Part shown: positions 47,423 through 58,500 of the stretch, in pieces
Layout: each line of letters begins with the position of its first letter
How positions within the stretch are numbered: position 1 is the stretch's first letter
Translations under genes and position numbers: made by a program
DNA from: Macrostomum lignano
Lineage: Eukaryota
NCBI GenBank assembly: GCA_002269645.1
Contig: NIVC01003104.1
Span: 60,815 to 124,814 of the forward strand
Length of the DNA stretch: 64,000 nt
Direction: 5' to 3'
The notes under the pieces: generated by a model
Seen by the model: the letters and a program-made list of their open reading frames with translations, nothing else
What the model was told of the DNA's origin: nothing
Database searches by the model: none

Positions 47423-50400
47423 ATGGCAGTTCAAGAGCACGGTGTGGAGACTGCGCTGGGAAAATTCCAGAATTCCGCTGAATCTGACGAGCTTGGTAAG
47501 AGAGTCTTGGGGCTGTTTTAACCAGACAGGTACGTTTCAAGGACCACCTAGAAGTTTACTACCCTTTTAATTGGGTCATAGGCAATTTTTGAAAGTAGAG
47601 AAGTTCAAGTAGAGAACTTTTTGCACTAATTGATCAGTACATGTATTGCTTTTTTCAGCCAAGTTGGTAGTTTAGCCAATTCCAAGTTGTTAATTCCCAT
47701 TTGGCAAGTACATGTAGATTTGGTCTTGCCCATAGACATAGACGGAAAACAGGCAAGCAAGTTGATGATTCGGCCATAGACATCAGCACAAATAAGAATG
47801 CCAGCAGCAACCTCTCTCATAGACTTGAAATCTCCCAGTTTTCAAAACTGTTTTTCATTTTTTAAGCTCAATCAGTTAAGTATCATGCTTAAAATCGCCT
47901 TCCTTAAGCTTGCCTTTTTCTGTCTTTGTTTATGTCTATGGGCAAAACTAAATCTGCTGCCTGCTGAATGGGAATTGTCAAATTGGATGACAAACTACAA
48001 TTTGAGCAAAAACTCCTATAATGCACCTTTGAAGCAACATTGAACCTTGAAATAAACTCCGTATAAGAGCGTACAATAAGCACCAGTAAGTCATTGGACG
48101 TGACACAAAGAAATTATTTCAAGTGCGGTTCAGCAAGACAATCCCGCATTTTCGGTTCCTGTATTTCATATACTTCCTTCTCGCGACTTCATAAGTTAAA
48201 ATTAAACGAGGACAAACTAATTTTTCCCTACATCGCTTCCCAAAACAATCCAGAAGCAGCAAGCAGCGCCGACGATGTTGACGACGCGAGGGAGACACCG
48301 AAGCCACCCAACGTTGACGCTGCAACTCGAGAAGCCTGGATGTCGGCTTTTCGCACTGTTTCGCGTCGCCGCGGCGTCGGCCTTGCCGTCGGGCAGCTGG
48401 GCGACGCGCTCCGGCTGGCAGGCTTCGTCGTGACGGAGGCGGAGGTGGCGCAGTACCGCGCCGAGGCCGACCCCGGCGGCACTGGCCGGATCGGCGCCGA
48501 TGCCTTCGTAGCGCTGGCGGCCAAGGTAACCTGCCAGTTGAAAACGCCGTTAGTAAAAACTCTGTAGCGACTCTGGGTGACTCTTGTGACTTTTTAACGA
48601 CTCAAACGGCTCTAATACGACGGTGAGGCGACTTTTAGTAATGAGCGAGTCACGTGTGTTGTAGAATCGTAAAAGCGTTGAGAAAGAGCCGCCCAAGAGT
48701 CTCGTACTAGTGCTTAACTTTCTAATAGCTCAAGAAGGCTAATTAGTGTCTAATATGCTCATCCACACTTACTATTTATGCCACTAAAATTAATGAAGCT
48801 TACGTCGCCTTAGAGTCAGTTGAGTCAGAGTTTCATAGGAAATCGCAGTTGAGTCATGGAATATCATTGGGAATCGCAGTTGAGTCATGAAACATCATAG
48901 GAAATCGCAGTTGAGTCATAGAATTTCATCGGAAATCGCAGTTGAGTCAGAATATCATTGTAAATTGCAGTTGTGAGTTGAGTCATGAAATCTCATAGGA
49001 AATCGCAGTTGAGTCATAGAATATCATTGTAAATCGCAGTTGAGTCATAGAATATCATAGGAAATCGCAGTTGAGTCATAGAATTTCATCGGAAATCGCA
49101 GTTGAGTCATAGAATTTCATCGGAAATCGCAGTTGAGTCATAGAATTTCATCGGAAATCGCAGTTGAGTCATAGAATATCATCGGAAATCGCAGTTGAGT
49201 CATAGAATTTCATCGGAAATCGCAGTTGAGTCATAGAATTTCATCGGAAATCGCAGTTGAGTCATAGAATATCATCGGAAATCGCAGTTGAGTCATAGAA
49301 TATCATTGGAAATCGCAGTTGAGTCATGGAATATCATTGGGAATCGCAGTTGAGTCATAGAATTTCATCGGAAATCGCAGTTGAGTCATAGAATTTCATC
49401 GGAAATCGCAGTTGAGTCATAGAATTTCATCGGAAATCGCAGTTGAGTCATAGAATATCATCGGAAATCGCAGTTGAGTCATAGAATATCATTGGAAATC
49501 GCAGTTGAGTCATGGAATATCATTGGGAATCGCAGTTGAGTCATAGAATTTCATCGGAAATCGCAGTTGAGTCATAGAATTTCAGCGGAAATCGCAGTTG
49601 AGTCATAGAATATCATAGGAAATCGCAGTTGAGTCATAGAATTTCATCGGAAATCGCAGTTGAGTCATAGAATTTCATCGGAAATCGCAGTTGAGTCATA
49701 GAATTTCATCGGAAATCGCAGTTGAGTCATAGAATATCATCGGAAATCGCAGTTGAGTCATAGAATTTCATCGGAAATCGCAGTTGAGTCATAGAATTTC
49801 ATCGGAAATCGCAGTTGAGTCATAGAATATCATCGGAAATCGCAGTTGAGTCATAGAATATCATTGGAAATCGCAGTTGAGTCATGGAATATCATTGGGA
49901 ATCGCAGTTGAGTCATAGAATTTCATCGGAAAACGCAGTTGAGTCATAGAATTTCATCGGAAATCGCAGTTGAGTCATAGAATATCATTGTAAATCGCAG
50001 TTGAGTCATAGAATTTCATCGGAAATCGCAGTTGAGTCATAGAATATCATCGTAAATCGCAGTTGAGTCATGGAATTTCATTGGAAATCGCAGTTGAGTC
50101 ATGAAATATCATAGGAAATCGCAGTTGAGTCATGGAATATCATTGGAAATCGCAGTTGAGTCGTAGATGCAGAGTCAGGTCCAAGTCAATTTCACCTCCT
50201 ATTCGCTCGTCGCCACAGGCTCGTCTTGAACTTGGCAGCGGGGAAGACGGCGAGGCCAGCGCTGACAGCGACTTCAAGCGGCTGCGGGCGGCTCTGGCCG
50301 TCTTCGACAAGCAGTCAACCGGGCGTATTAACGCCGGTGATCTCCGGCACTGGCTGACCAGCCTTGGCGAGCCAATCGACGAAGTTGATGTTAATCGAAT

Positions 50401-50473
50401 GCTGGAGCACCTGGTTGATGATCAGGGCTTGCTGGACTGTGCCGAACTGGCACACAGGCTGGTGGGACCTTGA
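47423..50473 (+). CDS. Calmodulin-like / light-chain-like EF-hand protein, 3 exons, ~199 aa
   Basis: Exons 47423-47495 (G|GTAAG donor; least certain), 48254-48525 (LGDALRLAGFVVTEAEVAQYRAEADPGGTGRIGADAFVALAAK|GT) and 50219-50473 (LRAALAVFDKQSTGRINAGDLRHWLTSLGEPIDEVDVNRML..*). Phases are consistent and the pattern matches calmodulin lobes. Confidence 0.8.
48826..50163 (+). repeat. Minisatellite, 31-bp unit (GCAGTTGAGTCATAGAATTTCATCGGAAATC), ~43 copies, intron 2 of the EF-hand gene
   Basis: Direct tandem repeat. Confidence 0.97.
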
Positions 50474-50754
50474 TTCTGTGCCAGAGTCTCCCCTTGGGTT
50501 TGACGTAAAAAAGACACTGTGCACTTAAATTTCAGGCTGTACTCACACTTTACAGGAAATTTTGCTTCAGTTATATTTATATAGTATTCATTTTTAGGTA
50601 TCCGCATCTCCGGCTTACATTTATGGTTCCATCATGTTTATTTTCTTCAGATCTATAAAGTGTAGTTTGTAAGTCTTGGTAATATAGTCAAATGTCTTAC
50701 CAAGTTACAGCAATCCTACGGTATCATTGGAAGGCATTTTTGAGTCGTATGCTC

Positions 50755-51490
50755 GTACAATCCTTAGAGGTCACTATTGGGTCATAGACAATCATTGGAG
50801 ATCGTATTGGTTCATAGACAATCCTTGGAGATCGTTATTGGGTCATATACAATCCGTGGAGATGGTTATTGAGTCATATACAATCCGTGGAGATCGTATT
50901 GGGTTCTTATACAATCCTTGGAGATCGTATTGGTTCATAGACAATCCTTGGAGATTGTATTGGGTCATAGACAATCATTGGAGATCGTTATTGGGTCATA
51001 TACAATCCGTGGAGATGGTTATTGAGTCATATACAATCCGTGGAGATCGTATTGGGTCTTATACAATCCTTGGAGATCGTATTGGTTCATAGACAATCCT
51101 TGGAGATCGTATTGGGTCATGTATAATCCTTGGAGATCGTATTGGGTCATAGAAAATCATTGGAGATCGTATTGGGTCATAGACAATCCTTGGAGATCGT
51201 TATTGGGTCATAGACAATCCTTGGAGATCGTATTGGGTCATAGAAATCATTGGAGATCGTATTGGGTCATAGACAATCCTTGGAGATCGTATTGGGTCAT
51301 AGAAATCATTGGAGATCGTATTGGGTCATAGACAATCCTTGGAGATCGTATTGGGTCATAGACAATCCTTGGAGATCGTATTGGGTCATAGACAATCCTT
51401 GGAGATTGTATTGGGTCATAGACAATCCTTGGAGATCGTATTGGGTCATAGACAATCCTTAGAGGTCGCTATTTGGTCATATACAATCCT
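50755..51490 (+). repeat. Minisatellite, ~30-bp unit (AGACAATCCTTGGAGATCGTATTGGGTCAT)
   Basis: Direct tandem repeat between the convergent EF-hand and synaptogyrin genes. Confidence 0.95.
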
Positions 51491-51992
51491 TGGAAGTCAA
51501 AATGACAAAAAGTTTTTAAAGTTCAATAATTCATTTACGATACTCGTACATTCATTCTGAGCGGTAAAATTTCTCAAAAGAGCTAGCGGATGTAGATAAG
51601 AGTTATACTTTAAATCAATGACAAACAAGTATCGGAGGGATATAAGAAAAACTAAAACACATTACAAGTCAGCTGGATATTTACTTACGATATAATATGA
51701 GCAACAGTAGAGATTAGTAGGTACATTGGTCAGTTAATCTCGAAGAAGAGGTGGGGTCACAATCTCAATATCTTTCATTAGTGATACCACACAGGACCAA
51801 GGGCCACTCGGGAGAAAATAAAATTAAATAAAATTCTCAGAATTTAAATTTAAATCCTTTAAAGCTGGATTAACAAGCTTCTGTGTTTTAAGTTAGTGAA
51901 ACTATTTTGTAATGCGGTTAGCTGTTGAATGAAATAAGACGCAAAAAGTTGGTAAGATTTATTGAATAAAAACAAATCTTAACTAGCTACTG

Positions 51993-54450
51993 TCAGTAGG
52001 TCGGTTGCCTGTGCTGATCGTCGATGTCGGCAGCGGCGCCACCGAAGCTGAACGGCGGCTGCTGGTAGTTTGAATCCGGCCTGGTCGGTGGCTGCTGAGA
52101 TGCCACTTCCGACTCGACCTGCGGCATGGAGGATTTGGGAATTGAAACTGAGCGGAATTGCCAGAATTTATAGGCTGTTGCAATACGATAGAATATTTAT
52201 TGTATGTTTTGAGTTAATTAATTAATCTTATTTGTTAATACTTCAGATTCACGGAGAAAAAGAGAGGATAAAATTCTCCCCAAACTTCACAATCCCCAAA
52301 CTTCACAATCCCCAAACTTCACAATCCCCAAACTTCACAAACCCCAAACTTCACAATCCCCAAACTTCACAATCCCCAAACTTCACAATCCCCAAACTTC
52401 ACAATCCCCAAGCTTCAAAATCCCCAAACTTCACAAACCCCAAACTTCACAATCCCCAAACTTCACAATCCCCAAGCTTCACAATCCCCAAACTTCACAA
52501 TCCCCAAACTTCACAATCCCCAAACTTCACAATCCCCATCCTTCACAATCCCCAAGCTTCACAATCCCCAAACTTCACAATCCCCAAACTTCACAATCCC
52601 CAAACTTCACAATCCCCAAGCTTCACAATCCCCATCCTTCACAATCCCCAAGCTTCAAAATCCCCAAACTTCACAATTCCCAAACTTCACAATCCCCAAA
52701 CTTCACAATCCCCAAACTTCACAATCCCCCAAACTTCAAAATCCCCAAAATTCAAAATCCCCAAACTTCACAATCCCCCAAACTTCAAAATCCCCAAACT
52801 TCACAATCCACATACTTCACTGTCCCGAAACTTCACGATCCCCAAACTTCACAAGCCCAATGCAAACTTCACAAACCTTAAACTTCAGAATCCCCAGACT
52901 TCAAAATCCCCAAACTTCACAATTCTCAAACTTCACTAAGCTTTACTAAGTTTGGGGATTGTTAAGTTTCGTTTAGTGTTAAGTTTGGAAATTGTAAAAT
53001 CTTGGAATTGTTGAGCTTGGGAATTATGAGGTTTGGAGATTGTAAGGCTTCGGGATTTGAGGCATGTGAATACTTTGAGGGTTTTTGACAAAAGAAACTC
53101 GAGACAAGATTATGGTTTTCGCGTGTTTTTCAATCTTCCATTGAGTCATTACGAAGTTGAAAGTTCTAACAAATGCCATGCATCCGCATTACTATAGTAA
53201 GTATAGTGGGACCTCACCTGAGCAGCGGCAGGAAACGCCTCCTGCTGGCCCTGGCGGTATTTTTGCACGGCAAAGAAGACCAGCAGGCCGAATGAGACAA
53301 TTGAGAGAAAGCAGAAAGCAACGCTGGCCCGAGCGTTGTTGAACTGCCACTGCTGAATGCTGAGCAGAGCCGCGAAGCTGTCGGGCAGGGACGCCAGCCG
53401 ATTGGTCAGGTAGCAGAAGGCCACAAAGTAGAAGAATGCCCACACGGCTGCACAGGAGAATCGACAGATAATTATATAACAGACCGGCGTAAAGGCAAGG
53501 TTACAGCACCCGATATCCGGCAAGCTTTGGTTAAATTTGGTTCTAAGTTTGACACGATTGAAACGAAGTAAGTTTTCGGACATTGAAGATGGGAATTTTG
53601 GAAATATATATATACGTTTCTTTGTTAACAAATTATTGCGGAAATATTCTGCACTGCAGAAAATTGTGTGAATGGGGCAGCCAAATGACGGTAACTCCCT
53701 ACGAGCTACAATTCTAAGTGATCGCGCTTACCAGAAAATATTGCATCCGCCAGGACAACATACTTCCTGATCTGCGCCGAGGACAGCCTTGGAAACAGGG
53801 CGTCCATAACGAGGAAGCCCATGCTAGCCAAAAATGCGACAACACCAACGATTAGGCCGTAGGCGCAGGCGTTTGCGTCAAAATTAAAGATGCAGATGCT
53901 CTCAACGTAGCAGCCGCTACTGATGCAGCCAAACACAATTATTGAGAATATCTGAAAGGATAAAAATAAGGAAAATATATTAATCAATTCAGACACTAAA
54001 TTAAACACAAGTTAAACTACACAATTAAATTAAGCAATTTGTTTTGTACAGCTAATAATTTCTGTCAACGGGTCAATTTGACAATTTTACAATACAATAA
54101 AGCATTAAAGTTTACTTGTGTCATGTATAACGAAAAATACAACTACAAGTATTTTAGTTTCGCTGCTTCACATTTCAATTTTTTAATGACATTGGTTCAC
54201 TTTGTAAAATGTTAATCTTTCAGCTAATGCAAAATGAAATAATAAGCCTAAATCTGTACGTTTTTTTCAGTACAATATATTTTGAAACCACAATATTATA
54301 CACAAATCGGAAGATATATTGGTTAAAAAAACTTACCCAAGAAATTATTCTAACAATAGTTGTCGGTTGCTTTAGAAATAGGACTGGGTCAAACGTATAA
54401 TTAAGACCAACAGTAGGTCCTGCACCATAAACATTTTGCTGGGATGACAT
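51993..54450 (-). CDS. SYNGR: Synaptogyrin (MARVEL domain), 4 exons, ~229 aa
   Basis: Exons 54450-54337 (MSSQQNVYGAG..FDPVLFLKQPTTIVRIISW), 53951-53732 (IFSIIVFGCI..CIFNFDANACAYG..D..FP..RKYVVLAD..FS), 53447-53218 (WAFFYFVAFCYLTN..NNARASVAFCFLSI) and 52118-51993 (..YQQPPF..QPTY*). GT-AG introns with consistent phases; AATAAA on - at 51958-51963. Confidence 0.93.
52277..52937 (+). repeat. Minisatellite, 16-bp unit (AATCCCCAAACTTCAC), synaptogyrin intron 3, followed by a degenerate inverted block (52950-53060)
   Basis: Direct tandem repeat; ~7 diverged reverse-complement units follow. Confidence 0.95.
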
Positions 54451-55583
54451 CTCAATACGCGTAGTACTTGCGAAATATTGTTTTAAATTCTTGATATATG
54501 TCAAACAGTATTTATTTAAATTGATTTATAAAATAATTTTTTGATTAGCGGATAAAGAGATTGTAGTCAAAACATGGAAAATTCAGTAATTTTTTAACAT
54601 GAACTATAAATTAAATGCTGCAAAACCGCCTTCGACTGCGTTATATAAATTTTCAATTCAAGAAAAAATGTAGAAAGTTGAAAACTGTGGGTAAAGGATG
54701 ACTCTATCTCTATTCCTATCTCTAGTAAAAATATTTTTACTACTCAAAAAATTATTTAAAACTCTTTTCTGAGTACAATATCAGTGATAAACCTACGTAT
54801 GATTTATTTTCTGCTTAATACATTTGTTTTGACGATTTAAAAAAGTTCCGAGAATAAAAAATAATTGGTATACTTGGTATTTGTTGGTGGAAATGGAAAC
54901 CAAACAAGCCAATATAGTTGTTTATGGCAAAATATGTATTTCAAAGCACAGATGTATACATAGGCCATGGCTATGTTTTAAGAAAACATTGTTGCAGTGT
55001 GAGAGACAAAGCGAGTTCCAACGAAAGCTTGCAAGGGGCCACGTTTAGTCGAGTTTTTGAGAGAGAGTAGAGTAGTCCCTCCTTTTGTATTTAACTGTTC
55101 ATGTCGATGACAAAAGTATGATAGCGTGTTCTCAGATTTTCTCAAAAAGAGTTTTCAAGCTGCCCAGAAAAACAAGCTGCTTAAAGTTGTGGCAAATCCA
55201 ACCCTCAGATATCTGACTTGTTCGATCACAGTGCTTAGATGTTTAAGTTGCAATGCTTTAGTTAGGACCCATTGATACTATTTATTAATGCTCTTAAATA
55301 ATTTTTTATCCTAAATCATCTTGAAAAAAAAGTTCTATATCAATAAAACACGATCGATTTTTTATAATGTTGCTTTCTTACTCGGCGCGATTTTAAAACT
55401 TTTTAATTTTTCAGTCCGCTTATATAGAGAGCTCTACCTAGAACTTGATCGAGTCTATAGAATAGTGACCTAGCGAGTGTGTATTAGTTTATAGATAGAA
55501 AACAAGTTTAAAGCTGTGTCAAGACCTTTTAAAAGCGACTTTTAGTGTTAAAGATTATATATTTTCTTGTAAATCAGTGTCAA

Positions 55584-58500
55584 ATGAACTCTCTTCTTTC
55601 GATTGTCACTCGCGGTCAAGCATCACGCCTGCTTTCAGTTGGAAAGAGCATTAAACTCTCAAATATCTATCATGGCAATTTTCGAGTCTGTTCTTTTTCT
55701 CAACAAGCGAATAAAAACCAAGGTGAAAATTAATTATTTGATCTTTGACACTTATAATAACTTATAGTCTGGTGCTTTTCAGCTAGATGTTGCATTGACT
55801 TTTCAGTGCTGTGCACTTTTAAAGTGAGCTATTTTTTGTCAATGAGATAGCTATCCCAACCGGCCAACCTCCACCTGCCTGTCCTTCCTGATCTAGGCCT
55901 AGATGTATAAAAGGGATTATATAATTTATATAATTTTGGGTAAATAGCAGGAGTAACTATGACTAAACTACTAAGGCAAAATGCCCCATCATCTAATTAG
56001 TACTGCATCTGTATTTTTTAAGTTTGCATTTTTAAAGTTTACCTTGGCTAGACCTCTTGCCACTTATTGGCCAATTGGCTGGGGTTGGGCATGTATGGCA
56101 AGGATATTGTTGACTATAGTAAAGCACTTAGTAGCTAATCAAGTGGCTCATAGTAGCACAACCAGAAATTTTTTGAGGGGAGGGCAGATTCTAGAGGGTA
56201 AAGTTCCGGGAGGGGGGTGGAGGGGTGGCTCTGTTTTTGGCAAAAATTTGCTTGGTCCCTCCTTACTGGTGGCTCATTATATATATAAGCCATAGCTGGG
56301 AAAGTGGCAATTCCGGCACAAATTGGCCCTTTTTTGGCACACACGATGCACATAGGGTACAAGGAAAAATTGAAAATGCTCTGGCGGCGCACATGGCGCA
56401 TGGCACTGAAAAAATATATAGTTACACTTTGTTATACTTTGCAAAATATATAGTATCAGGCCTAATTCCATAATTCATAAAATAAAATGTTATACTAACA
56501 TATGAAACATTCGCCGACACTTATTCAGACACTTCTACAGACACTTTAGTTTCTGTCATACAAATCGTAGGAACAAGCATTAAATTTGTTTATTCCTCAC
56601 AAACTACCAATAAACTGCTTTATTTTAAGCTTTTTTGCTTTATTTTATTAAATATGAATTAGGAAGTGCCCTGGACAAATTTAACATTCTTCTTCATGTG
56701 AGTGAAGAGAATCTATGCAGAATAACAAATTTCATAATTCATATTTAATAAAATAAAGCAAAAAAAAGCTTAAAATAAAGCAGTTTACTGATAGTTTGTT
56801 AGTTTGTTACTAATTCTATAATTCGTAAAATAAAATGTTATACTATCAGAGTACTAAAATTATGTAAATCACAATATAAAATACGTAAATGAAATTCAAA
56901 TTTGTCTACCATAAATTCAAATTTGTTTACCAGTGAATTATTAATTACCTTACCTTACCTTATCATGGCACGCTGCGGCGCACAAAATATTTTCTTCATG
57001 GCACACGGCGCACAGTGCTCAAAAGCCATCAAAATAGTTCCAGCGCACACTGTGCCACCTTCCCAACTATGGTATATAAGAACATTAATACAACTTAGTA
57101 ACTGCTAATTATGGTTTAATCATAGGGACCAATTATTTCTATTATAACTTGGTGGCAGGAATGAAATTAAAGAAATAGAAAAAATACTGTGTATATTAAA
57201 GAAATATAAAAATTAGGGCCTATACATTAAAGAAATAGCAGAGTTTTAAGGCTTAAGATATAGAACTTAGGTAAAAAATTAATTATTTGAAAAGTGTTTG
57301 TAAAATTAATGAATCAAAATCAGGCTAATGATAAATAGTCTTTGATAAGCATTGTTATATTTCCCAAGTATTTATATTTATTCTAAGTATTTCCCAAGTC
57401 TTAGATAGAAACATTAGAAATAGGAATTGCTAGCTAATCTAGACCTGTCCACTGCATTTGTAGCATATGAATTGCATACAGCATGGAAAATCTTTTGCTT
57501 AAGTCCTTAACCCCAAGGACTAAAAAGCTCTCTTATATAAGCTTTGAAACAGACATTCATTCATTTTTGCCTGAAGTCCCACTCATAAAATCAAAGGCTC
57601 TAATCATGTTTTAGTTTTAGAGATTGAGTGCAAAATAAAATAGTTATATCCAGAGGAAAGTAAATAAACATTCATTTATAAGCCAAGTCTCAGTTATTAG
57701 GTGGCCAGTATTAATAGATATGGGAAATGTTCCTATAACCATATCCAATGTTTTGTCTAAAACCCCCTATCAATAACTTCCTATAGGCCTAGTTATATCT
57801 ATAGCTATGACAGAACTCCAAAAGCTTGCAATTTTGCATGAAATTTTCTAGAATTTTCTAGAAATTCTTATAGTAGAATTTAAGATAATATATAGCATGA
57901 TATGTTTATGTTACATATTATGTGCACTTTTATAATGATGCTAAATATATTATAATTAAATATGGGTGCATTTTGCCTTCAAAATCTCCTTCAAAAGAGC
58001 GGCAGCCACTTTCCTATCCAAGTTGTACCACTGTTAAGATTATTAAAATAAGTTTGTCAAAAATCATTAAAAAAGACTGCATTTATTTATGATATTAATT
58101 TGATTGCTATTAATAATGTACCTCATTTTGAAATTTTAGATGTTTACTACAGTAAGAAGCACGAGTATGTAATCATGGAGTCCGACTCTCTGGCTCGGGT
58201 TGGCATCTCCAACTATGCTCAGGAGAAGCTCGGCGACGTAGTCTATGTGCAGCTGCCAGAAGTGGATCGCATTATTGAGTTAAATGGTGAGATTTCTGCA
58301 TTTTTCTTTCGTCCCTGTTTCTTCTTTCCTTTCATCCCTGTCTCTTCCCCTTTCACCCCTGTCTCTTCCCCTTTCACCCCTGTCTCTTCTCCTTTCATCC
58401 CTGTCTCTTCCCCTTTCACCCCTGTCGGCCTGTCTCTTCCCCTTTCACCCCTGTCTCTTCCCCTTTCACCCCTGTCTCTTCCCCTTTCACCCCTGTCTCT

